Assembly: GCA_945885475.1 (NCBI GenBank)
Contig: CAMCYR010000009.1
Location: 16,062 to 80,061, forward strand
Direction: 5' to 3'
Length of the DNA stretch: 64,000 nt
From: Chitinophaga pinensis
Lineage (GTDB): Bacteria > Bacteroidota > Bacteroidia > 2-12-FULL-35-15
The notes below the pieces were generated by a model, which ran no database searches, was not told the origin of the DNA, and saw nothing but the letters and a program-made list of their open reading frames with translations. Positions 10,793-19,801 of this stretch are shown here, one piece after another (position 1 is the first letter of the stretch; each line of letters begins with the position of its first letter). A program made the translations under genes and the position numbers.

Positions 10793-11024
10793 TTGTGACT
10801 TATTAATTGACTGTTTAGGATTCGTGCGATAAGTTAATTTTAGTTCTATTTCTTTTTGTTTGAGAAATAATTAATATCGGGCAAAGCTATTTTTATAAAA
10901 ATAGGCCGCTGATGACTCAACAATTACTATTTACAGAGAAAATCATTCCTCAGCATTATAATCATTGAAATTTAGATTCTTTTAGAATTATCAAAAAAGC
11001 CTAATCTCTCTATTTAAAATAGGT

Positions 11025-12626
11025 CTAATTATATTTTATAGCACTATCAAATGTATCTGCGCTGCTTTGCATTAAATCAAATTCCCATCCTTGCGGATAT
11101 GGCGCTTCCAATAATGAACCTTTTAATAAATAAGGATACATTTCGGCATAGGTTTGAATTTGATGTGCATTCACTCGCCTATAAATATGCGATCGGTGCA
11201 AATTATCAGGATGTTTAATGCCGGCAGCCGACATTAATTCTACAGCGGCTTTAACTGTTTCGTGTTGAAAGTTTGCCACTCTTACCTTTTTTAAATTAAC
11301 ATCTAATCCTTTAAATAAATTTGGATTTTGAGTTGCCACACCTGTTGGACAAGTATTTGCATTACATTCCAGTGCCTGAACACAACCCAACGACATCATC
11401 ATAGATCTTGCAGCGCTGCACATATCGGCACCCAAAGAGAAATTCTTAACTAAATCAAATCCTGTATGCACTTTAGCTGAAGCAATTATTTTGATGTGTT
11501 TTTTTAAACCAAAACCATTCAGCGCATCATACACGAATGCTAAAGCTTCCCGCAATGGCATACCTACCGAATTACTAAACTCTAGTGGTGCGGCTCCAGT
11601 GCCGCCTTCTCCACCGTCAACAGTAATAAAATCAGGCATTATGTTTGTTTGTATCATGGCTTTACAAATAGCAATGAATTGACTTTTTTGCCCAATGCAT
11701 AATTTAAATCCTATTGGTTTTCCACCACTTAATTCTCTTAGTCGTTTAATAAAATAAAGAAGTTCTAATGGCGTACCAAATGCTTTGTGATAAGAAGGAG
11801 AAAGAACATCTTTTCCTTTTTCTACTAAACGTATTTTGGCAATTTCCTCAGTCACTTTTGCAGCTGGTAAAATACCGCCATGGCCCGGCTTTGCGCCTTG
11901 CGATAATTTAATTTCAACCATTTTTACATTTGGCAATATAGCGCGCTCTGCAAATGCGTCTCCATTAAATGTTCCATCTTGGTTTCTGCATCCAAAATAA
12001 CCTGTTCCAATTTGCCAAACAACATCGCCCTCTGGCAATAAATGGTAAGGGCTCAAGCCGCCTTCGCCTGTATTATGAAAAAAACCACCAATTTTAGCGC
12101 CACCATTTAATGCCATAATTGCATTTTTACTTAATGAACCAAAACTCATGGCCGAAATATTAAAAATACTGGCGCTATATGGATGCTTACAATCTGGGCC
12201 ACCAACTGTAACCCTTGGGTTATGAACCCCATCTTCCAATGGCAATGGTGCAATCGAATGATTTAGCCATTCGTAACCTGTTTCATAAACATTTAATTGA
12301 GTGCCAAAAGCAGTAGAATCCGCTACTTTTTTTGAACGTTGATAAATAACATTTCTACTTAATCGGTTGTAGGGTGCACCATCGGTATCTGATTCAATAA
12401 AATACTGATAAATTTTGGGACGCATCCATTCTGCCCACCATCTCATACGCCCAACAACAGGAAAATTACTAATTAAGCTATGTTGAGTTTGAACCATATC
12501 TTTTATTCCGAGTAACACAAAAGGAATAATAATAACAAAAGACCATAAAAAGGCAGGATAAAAAGCACTAATAGCGCCAAAGAATAGGATTAATAATATG
12601 CATAGGTAAATAAATTTTCTTCTCAT
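11025..12626 (-). CDS. FMN-binding glutamate synthase family protein (GltS central-domain-like), membrane anchored
   Basis: 533 aa; N-terminal TM helices; 'VDGGEGGTGAAP...' and Cys-rich FMN/Fe-S region characteristic of glutamate synthase domain-2 family. Confidence 0.85.
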   Translation of the reverse strand: MRRKFIYLCILLILFFGAISAFYPAFLWSFVIIIPFVLLGIKDMVQTQHSLISNFPVVGRMRWWAEWMRPKIYQYFIESDTDGAPYNRLSRNVIYQRSKKVADSTAFGTQLNVYETGYEWLNHSIAPLPLEDGVHNPRVTVGGPDCKHPYSASIFNISAMSFGSLSKNAIMALNGGAKIGGFFHNTGEGGLSPYHLLPEGDVVWQIGTGYFGCRNQDGTFNGDAFAERAILPNVKMVEIKLSQGAKPGHGGILPAAKVTEEIAKIRLVEKGKDVLSPSYHKAFGTPLELLYFIKRLRELSGGKPIGFKLCIGQKSQFIAICKAMIQTNIMPDFITVDGGEGGTGAAPLEFSNSVGMPLREALAFVYDALNGFGLKKHIKIIASAKVHTGFDLVKNFSLGADMCSAARSMMMSLGCVQALECNANTCPTGVATQNPNLFKGLDVNLKKVRVANFQHETVKAAVELMSAAGIKHPDNLHRSHIYRRVNAHQIQTYAEMYPYLLKGSLLEAPYPQGWEFDLMQSSADTFDSAIKYN

Positions 12627-12861
12627 GTTCGATGTTATTTTAAAATATAAGTAAATATAAACTTATATTTTTTACTTTAAAAAAAAATCTAAATAAGAAA
12701 GGAAGGTCAACTGATTAATACTCTACCTTTTTTTAATGATAGGAATTTTATAAAGAAAAGGCAACTGAAATTATCTGATCTACGAAATGAAAAATTAGAT
12801 GTCCGTTGAATGAATACTGAAATAAATAACCGGAATCTACCATAGAATTCAAGAAATAAAA

Positions 12862-13659
12862 TTACCTCTTTTTCTTCTTAGGCTTCTCTTTTACAGCTTC
12901 TTCTTCGTATTTCAAGATACCACCCCAATAGCTCATTTGAGTTGTAATCCAAGCTCTACGTTTTTGAATGTATCCACTTGGATTTCCTGCGTTGAACCGA
13001 ATTGGATTGGGCAAAACAGCAGCAATTGTAGCCGCCTCTGATTTACTTAAATAACGTGCATCCTTTTTAAAAAATGTTTTCGATGCCGCCTGCGCACCAT
13101 AGATACCATCGCCCATTTCAATCACATTCAGATACACCTCCATGATTCGTTCTTTACTCCACAATGTTTCAATCAGAAATGTAAAGTATACCTCAAAACC
13201 TTTACGAACGTAGCTTCTACCCTGCCAAAGAAAAACATTTTTTGCTGTCTGCTGACTTATTGTACTTGCCCCACGTGTTTTTTTATGTGTTTCGTTATAA
13301 TCCATTGCTTTTTGAATAGCCTCAAAATCGAAACCATTGTGCTTGATAAAATTCTGATCTTCAGAACAAACAACAGCTAACTGAAGACTGGAAGCAATTT
13401 CATCAAGAGGCACCCACTCTTTTTTCAGTTTCATCTCTTTGCCATCCATTTTTTGTTCTATACAACGTATGAGCATAAGAGGCGTAATAGGCACTGGAAC
13501 CCAACGAAATAAAATAACGGAAAGAATAGTAATAATGAAAAACCACACTGTAGCTTTCCAAGTATAACGCCAAATTTTTTTTAGAAATTCTTTCACCTTA
13601 AAAATCAAAATCGAATTTAGGACAATCGGCTGCACCATTCGGTCTATCATACCCTTCAC
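12862..13659 (-). CDS. mtgA: Monofunctional biosynthetic peptidoglycan transglycosylase
   Basis: 265 aa; GT51 motifs 'STISQQTAKNVFLW...RKGFEVYFTFLIETLWSKERIMEVYLN'; 5' end overlaps PorP/SprF 3' end (true start probably an internal Met). Confidence 0.85.
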   Translation of the reverse strand: MKGMIDRMVQPIVLNSILIFKVKEFLKKIWRYTWKATVWFFIITILSVILFRWVPVPITPLMLIRCIEQKMDGKEMKLKKEWVPLDEIASSLQLAVVCSEDQNFIKHNGFDFEAIQKAMDYNETHKKTRGASTISQQTAKNVFLWQGRSYVRKGFEVYFTFLIETLWSKERIMEVYLNVIEMGDGIYGAQAASKTFFKKDARYLSKSEAATIAAVLPNPIRFNAGNPSGYIQKRRAWITTQMSYWGGILKYEEEAVKEKPKKKKR

Positions 13660-14575
13660 TGCTCATGACAGGCGACATACCCATCATAAATTCGGTAGAG
13701 TTTGCATTAGCAGAGCGGAAACGCGATATCGTATAATCATATGCAAAACCGACAAGTACATTTTTAAAAACACGAATTTGTATCATTCCGGAGATTGCAT
13801 CATGCATTCGGTATGAAAGCCCAAGTCCGATTCGTTGACGAAAGTAGGTCATAAAATTAAATTGCGCAGAAGGAATACCTATAAAATTAGATTGGATATT
13901 TACACCCGGAACAAAAACATAATCATAACCTTCCGATTTAAACTTTTTAGAAGCGCTGAATACTGCAGTAGGAAGCAATCTTCCTGGTGTTCCGATTTTA
14001 TTACTCGCCTGCTTTAATGAGTTTTTATAGATGTTACGTAAAGATAATCCAACAGCTATTTTTTTTGAATATAAATAAATTCCCGGAATAAAATCTGGCA
14101 ACAAAACCTGCGGACTAATTTGAGACAAAGCGGGATCGGTAGCATTAAAAACAGAATTTGTCAAAGCAACACTTTTGATGCCGGCAGCAATCCCGACACT
14201 GAAATAATATTTAGCTGACAATTTTAAATGAATTGCGTAAGAACCATATGCAGCCTGGTTTGTAAAAACACCGAATTTATCCTGCTCGACATAAGCTCCT
14301 ATTCCATGCCAATAATATTTGAATCCCTTTTTACCAAATGCTTTGGTCACACTTGCAAAATTAGTTTCAGGAGCAAATGCAAAACCACGCCACTGCGATC
14401 TTCTACCCACCATTACATATAATCCTTTGCCGCTTCCGGCGACAGCAGGATTTAATCCGTAATCGTTCATCATGAATTGAGTATACTGAACAGCCTGTTG
14501 AGCATATACTGAAACAGAAAACAATAAAAGTATGACGACTATTTTAATTTTTATCATTTTATAATTGATACGCAT
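13598..14575 (-). CDS. PorP/SprF-family type IX secretion system outer-membrane protein
   Basis: 325 aa; signal peptide then 'QQAVQYTQFMMNDYGLNPAVAG' hallmark N-terminus of PorP/SprF family; predicted beta-barrel; start probably at Met7 giving 4-nt overlap with upstream gene. Confidence 0.85.
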   Translation of the reverse strand: MRINYKMIKIKIVVILLLFSVSVYAQQAVQYTQFMMNDYGLNPAVAGSGKGLYVMVGRRSQWRGFAFAPETNFASVTKAFGKKGFKYYWHGIGAYVEQDKFGVFTNQAAYGSYAIHLKLSAKYYFSVGIAAGIKSVALTNSVFNATDPALSQISPQVLLPDFIPGIYLYSKKIAVGLSLRNIYKNSLKQASNKIGTPGRLLPTAVFSASKKFKSEGYDYVFVPGVNIQSNFIGIPSAQFNFMTYFRQRIGLGLSYRMHDAISGMIQIRVFKNVLVGFAYDYTISRFRSANANSTEFMMGMSPVMSSEGYDRPNGAADCPKFDFDF

Positions 14576-15120
14576 CCTTTAATAATTGTTCCTTCATCCG
14601 ACTGATTATGATAAATTACATAATAGTAACTTGCGACAGGCAATGGAACACCAAATAGATCTTTTCCATCCCACAGTTCATATAGTCCTTTTTTTTCGAA
14701 TACTTTTTGCCCTAGACGATTGTAAACAAGAAAGCATGCATCAGAAAAATATTCCGAGTTTTGTATTGTCCAGGAATCATTTATTAAGTCAGCGTTCGGC
14801 GTAAATACAAATTCAGGAGCCATTTCACAAACAATCAACTTTACTTCAATTACAACTGTTGTACTGTCCCCACTTCCATCCCTAATAACAACCGAATATA
14901 CTCCTTCATTAATATCATGAAGGAAGGAAGTGGTGTCTGAAGTACTCCATAAAAAAGTATAAGGTGTATTCGTGGATGTAACTACCACTTCCACATCACC
15001 ATATTCCTTATGATTACATTTAACATCTTTTTTAATGATATTAAATGTAATTTGTGAAAAAGAGACTCCACAAAAAAGAAGTAATAGAAAAGTTGCACTA
15101 ATTTTTTTCATCAGTTGCAC
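14554..15120 (-). CDS. Small T9SS type-B C-terminal-domain protein (gliding-motility-associated CTD) with one Ig-like domain
   Basis: 188 aa; signal peptide; C-terminal 'FTPNADLINDSWTIQN...YNRLGQKVFEKKGLYELWDGKD...YYYVIY' matches type-B CTD; immediately upstream of PorP/SprF as in SprB-SprF pairs. Confidence 0.75.
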   Translation of the reverse strand: MQLMKKISATFLLLLFCGVSFSQITFNIIKKDVKCNHKEYGDVEVVVTSTNTPYTFLWSTSDTTSFLHDINEGVYSVVIRDGSGDSTTVVIEVKLIVCEMAPEFVFTPNADLINDSWTIQNSEYFSDACFLVYNRLGQKVFEKKGLYELWDGKDLFGVPLPVASYYYVIYHNQSDEGTIIKGCVSIIK

Positions 15121-15836
15121 AATTTAGTAACAAGTTCATCTGCCATAATACTTCCCTTCTCAGCAGCCGTTTTCAAAAGTTCACAGGCAGATACTTTTTC
15201 ACCATGCTGATACATTGTAGTAGCTAAACCTATGTAGGCTTCACGGTAAGAAGGATCTAACTCAATAACTTTTTTATAGTCCGCAACCGATCCCGAATAA
15301 TCGCCAGCAATATCTTTCCAGAAAGCACGGCTGTAATAAGCATTTGTATACCTCTCATCAATGGAAATGGATTTATCGAGATCTTGGATTGCGGAGGAAT
15401 AATCATCTAAATGCGCTTTGGCTAATGCCCTGTTAAAATAAGGTTTTGGCTTCAGTGGATTTAATTCGATGGCTTTATTAAAATCCTTGATCGCAGCAAT
15501 GTAATCTTTTAATTGTGCTTTTACTATTCCCCTACCGTTGAGTGCATCCAGGTATTCAGGGTTTAATTTGATCGCTTTATCCAATAATTTGATCGCCAAT
15601 TTATTTTCACCCATTTTATAATTAATAAACCCCTGCAGACAAAAAGCACTATCATAGTATGGGTTTTGGTTTATTGCGTTATCAAGGTCGTGAAGTGCGG
15701 CAGAATAATCTTTCTGCGAATCGTTGATCAATGCACTTTTATAAAACTCATAAGCCGAGTTTTGTGAAAATGAAATAACAGAATTAACCAGAAATAAAAA
15801 CAGAAAAACGCTAACTGCAATAATATGTTTCATCAT
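15111..15836 (-). CDS. Secreted tetratricopeptide-repeat protein
   Basis: 241 aa; signal peptide; ~6 TPR units (repeated 'A...Y..A...L..A..LNP'). Confidence 0.8.
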   Translation of the reverse strand: MMKHIIAVSVFLFLFLVNSVISFSQNSAYEFYKSALINDSQKDYSAALHDLDNAINQNPYYDSAFCLQGFINYKMGENKLAIKLLDKAIKLNPEYLDALNGRGIVKAQLKDYIAAIKDFNKAIELNPLKPKPYFNRALAKAHLDDYSSAIQDLDKSISIDERYTNAYYSRAFWKDIAGDYSGSVADYKKVIELDPSYREAYIGLATTMYQHGEKVSACELLKTAAEKGSIMADELVTKLCN

Positions 15837-16585
15837 AACAAATTTAGAAAAATTGATAACAAGTAACCGAAAATATTTTAATAAAAAAAAATTTAAGATT
15901 AAGTAATTTGGAGCCTTTAACTATTTATTTGAAATAAAAGTACGTAGGCAAAACAAACATGATAAAATTTCAAATTTATTTAATATTCATACTACTTAAA
16001 AATAAATGCACCACACTCGTGGAACAATATCCAAAAGCCAATTTACAAAAAAGCACTTGAAAACGACCAGTCAAAAAAGAAAACCATAAAATACGGGATA
16101 TTCATTTTTAGTGCGCTGAAAGGTCAACGTTGGAATAAACCTCAAACAAACTTATTGACTTAAAAATTGGTTTATTATAGCTGAAGGATCAAAGAATTAC
16201 TATAGATAATTGATTTAGTAATTCTAAGTTCATCTTATACAGTTAAAAAACAGAAGTAAAAAGAAAAAAAATTATAATTTAATTAAAAGAAGAATAGTCT
16301 TCGAACTGCTTACGACTCCCAAGTAAATTCAAATTTCTGAAACTATTTTTTTTAGAAAAAACTGTTAATAAAAGCAAAGAAAATCCCAAAACGAATCCGC
16401 GATTCCCAATTCGGGAATCCGATTGTAACAAAAGCCCACAAGATACTGAATATCAATAGATTAATAGGTGGCGTTTTATTTGGATGTAGAGTCTGAAATA
16501 TAGTAACAAATAAAAAGCACATTCTAAATTTGCCTACTAACCCTATACTGGTTAAAAAAACAAGTATTGGGAAATCGTACAAATT

Positions 16586-19500
16586 ATGATAAAAATTAAA
16601 AAATATACTCTGAGTGTTTTGCTAATTATAATTTTAGCAACTAGTTACTCGCAGAGTTTCAATTTTAAAAATTACAATACAAAGTCTGGTCTGATAGGAA
16701 CAAATGTAAACGGAATCTACCAAGATAGCAAAGGTTATATATGGTTCGCCGTTCAAGGAGGACTAAGCCGCTTCGATGGAAGCCAGTTTCGTAACTTCAC
16801 AAAGGAAAACGGATTAATCGGAAATGATGTTACTAGCATAGTTGGTGATAAAAGAGGGAATATTTGGATTGGAACAACAGAAGGTATTTCAAAATATGAT
16901 GGTGTTTCATTTAAAAATTATTCTACAAAAAATGGCTTAGTAGATAATTTCATCCGGAATGTCTTCATCGACAATAATGATCAACTGTGGGTGGCCACAG
17001 ACAATGGAGGTGTTTCAAAACTAAACAAGGAAACTTTTGAAAACTTTACAATAGCTACAGGCCTTTTGACAAATACTGTTTTTGCTATAACGCAGGATAA
17101 AAAAGGTAATTATTGGTTTGCAACAAATAGTGGGATATGCAAATACAACGGAAATGAAATCATCAACTTCCTCAATCAAAAGAACATTTCAGGAAAAGAA
17201 TTTTTTTCAATACTTATCGATTCAGAAGGGAGCATATTCTTTGCAGGTGAAATAGGAGATGGTTTTATAAAATATTCGAATGGGAAATTTGAAAAAAAAT
17301 CATTCCCTGAATATTTACCTAAAAATAGTCGAATCTTCAGCATGATGGAAGATAAACATGGAAGTATCTGGTTTTCCTCTGATAATGATGGAATTATAAA
17401 ATATGATAAAAAAGATTTTTACACTTACAACGAAAAAAACGGACTTTCTTCCAATCAAGTCTATGCGATAAAAGACGACTACGAAGGCAACATTTGGATT
17501 GGGACAACCAATGGAGGTGCAGATAAGTTAAATAACGAATCGTTTGCCGCTTTCACTGAAAAAGATGGACTATCTGCTAATAAAATAGCTAGCGTTTATA
17601 AAAACAAGGATGCTCTTTTTATTGGAACACAAGGCACAGGACTAAATATTTTTACAAAGGGCTTTTATAATTTCAAACAAGAAATAAAAGAATTAAAAAA
17701 TGAAAAAATATTTTCAATTGCCGAAAATAAGAAAAACGAAATATGGATTGGTACGGAAAAATCCGGGATTTATGTATTGGAAAAGAAAGAAAATAATTAT
17801 TCTATAAAAAAACATATACCAATACTTCTTAATAAATCATTAGGGCTCGTTGATAAAATAATTTTCGATAAAAATGGTAATACTTGGATTTCTACCTATG
17901 GCAATGGTGCATTTTTAATTACTATTTCAGGAGAAATTAAAAACTATTCTACAGAAACAGATTTCCCTTCTAATAATTTATTAACGATACATGAGGATAA
18001 AAAGGGAAATATTTGGTTCGGTTCAATTGATGTTGGAGCTATAAAATATGATGGAAAGAAGTTCATTATCATCAATGAGAAATTGGGCTTATCAAACAAT
18101 GCTGTATGGTCAATCACCGAAGACGAAAATGACAATATATTTTTAGGAACAGGAGAGGGCGGTATTAATTGTGTAAATGGAAAAAACATTACAAAAATTG
18201 ACCGATCTGATGGACTTTGCTCAAACTTTATAGCGACATTGAATTGGGATAGTTTCGAAAAGGTAATTTGGGTTGGAACGAACAATGGAATCAACAAATT
18301 AAAACTTGGTTCAAATTTAAAACCTCTTTCGATACAGTATTATTCTGAAGAAGAAGGATTTAAAGGAACGGAAGTAACATCCTGTTCCCAAGATAAAGAT
18401 GGACTAGTTTGGTTTGCTACGATAAATGGAGTTTACCGCTATGATAGAAAATTTGATCTGCCAAATAAGTCAGCTCCAAAACTTGTTCTGACAGAAATAT
18501 TACTAGACTATAAGAATGTTGATTGGAAGAATTACTGTGACTCTGTTGATATAAGAACTAATATTCCAAAATCGCTTGTACTTGCCTATAATAAAAAACA
18601 CTTAACATTTAATTTCAGAGCCTTAACGACAGACAATGTTAAATACACATTTATTTTACTTGGGCAAGATTCAGAATGGTCACCTCTGAGTTCATTATCT
18701 GAAGCAAATTTCTCAAACATTATCCCGGGAAGATCCTACCAGTTCAAGTTGAGAGCAGTTAATTCAAATGGTATTTGGAGTGATGAAATTGTATCATTTG
18801 AATTTAAAATAAATTCACCTTGGTGGCAAACGTGGTGGTTCATTTCAATAAGCATTCTGCTTGGAATGTCAAGTATATATATTTTCGTAAAACTTCGAAC
18901 AAACAAACTAGCAAAGGAAAAAAAGGTGCTAGAAAAAAATGTTGCTGAAAGAACCTTTGAATTATCGGTAGCATTAAAAGAAATCAATGATAGCATTAAT
19001 TACGCTAAAATAATTCAACACTCCATACTTCCACTATCTGATGAAATCCATTTGGATTTACCTCAATCGTTTGTTTACTATGAACCTAAAAATGTAGTGA
19101 GTGGCGACTTTTACTGGTTTCATAAAAAAAATAAAAAGCTATACTTTGCAGTAGCAGATTGTACGGGACATGGTGTACCAGGAGCATTTATGAGTATGAT
19201 TGGTAGTTCATTATTAAACGAAATATTTAATGAAAATAACAATCCAGATGCCGCTGAGATTCTTAATTTATTGCATTCCAGAGTAAGAAAGGTATTAAAA
19301 CAAGATCGGTACGATGTAAAATCACAAGATGGGATGGATATTTCACTAGTTATTATTGATAATGAGGAAATGAAATTGAATTATGCAGGAGCCAAAAGAC
19401 CTCTTTATTTATTCAGAAAAGAAGATTATGGATATCAATTTATTGAAGCTAAAGCTGATAAGCAATCGATAGGTGGACATCAAAATGAAAATGATTTCAA

Positions 19501-19747
19501 ATTCGCGAACCATTTTTTTTCTCTCCATAAAGGAGATAGTCTATACATGTTCACAGATGGCTATGTTGATCAATTTGGGGGAGGAAATGAAAAAAAATTC
19601 TCTACTAAAAGGTTGAAAGAAACTCTAGAAAGCATGCAGCAATTGGAAATGGATAAACAATCTTCGGAATTATCATCAGTCATCAGTGATTGGAAAGGAA
19701 CCAATGAACAAGTAGATGACATATTAATCATAGGAATTAAAATATAA
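16586..19747 (+). CDS. Sensor protein: two-component-regulator beta-propeller repeats + Y_Y_Y domain + TM helix + PP2C/SpoIIE-type serine phosphatase
   Basis: 1053 aa; >12 'GLxxNxVxxIxxDxxGxxWxGT' propeller repeats; single TM 'WWFISISILLGMSSIYIFV'; C-terminal 'SGDFYWF...FAVADCTGHGVPGAFMSMIG...DGYVDQFGG' PP2C phosphatase motifs. Confidence 0.85.
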   Translation: MIKIKKYTLSVLLIIILATSYSQSFNFKNYNTKSGLIGTNVNGIYQDSKGYIWFAVQGGLSRFDGSQFRNFTKENGLIGNDVTSIVGDKRGNIWIGTTEGISKYDGVSFKNYSTKNGLVDNFIRNVFIDNNDQLWVATDNGGVSKLNKETFENFTIATGLLTNTVFAITQDKKGNYWFATNSGICKYNGNEIINFLNQKNISGKEFFSILIDSEGSIFFAGEIGDGFIKYSNGKFEKKSFPEYLPKNSRIFSMMEDKHGSIWFSSDNDGIIKYDKKDFYTYNEKNGLSSNQVYAIKDDYEGNIWIGTTNGGADKLNNESFAAFTEKDGLSANKIASVYKNKDALFIGTQGTGLNIFTKGFYNFKQEIKELKNEKIFSIAENKKNEIWIGTEKSGIYVLEKKENNYSIKKHIPILLNKSLGLVDKIIFDKNGNTWISTYGNGAFLITISGEIKNYSTETDFPSNNLLTIHEDKKGNIWFGSIDVGAIKYDGKKFIIINEKLGLSNNAVWSITEDENDNIFLGTGEGGINCVNGKNITKIDRSDGLCSNFIATLNWDSFEKVIWVGTNNGINKLKLGSNLKPLSIQYYSEEEGFKGTEVTSCSQDKDGLVWFATINGVYRYDRKFDLPNKSAPKLVLTEILLDYKNVDWKNYCDSVDIRTNIPKSLVLAYNKKHLTFNFRALTTDNVKYTFILLGQDSEWSPLSSLSEANFSNIIPGRSYQFKLRAVNSNGIWSDEIVSFEFKINSPWWQTWWFISISILLGMSSIYIFVKLRTNKLAKEKKVLEKNVAERTFELSVALKEINDSINYAKIIQHSILPLSDEIHLDLPQSFVYYEPKNVVSGDFYWFHKKNKKLYFAVADCTGHGVPGAFMSMIGSSLLNEIFNENNNPDAAEILNLLHSRVRKVLKQDRYDVKSQDGMDISLVIIDNEEMKLNYAGAKRPLYLFRKEDYGYQFIEAKADKQSIGGHQNENDFKFANHFFSLHKGDSLYMFTDGYVDQFGGGNEKKFSTKRLKETLESMQQLEMDKQSSELSSVISDWKGTNEQVDDILIIGIKI

Positions 19748-19801
19748 TTAAACCCATCACTTTACTAAACATTAAATAAAACTTTTTAATTATTTCATAT
19801 T

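Noticed and set aside
16352-16582. 76-aa hydrophobic minus-strand ORF in the 750-bp divergent intergenic region
   Set aside because: It has no recognisable motifs and a low-complexity Phe/Ile-rich translation typical of AT-rich non-coding DNA. It is more likely a promoter region for the sensor-phosphatase gene.
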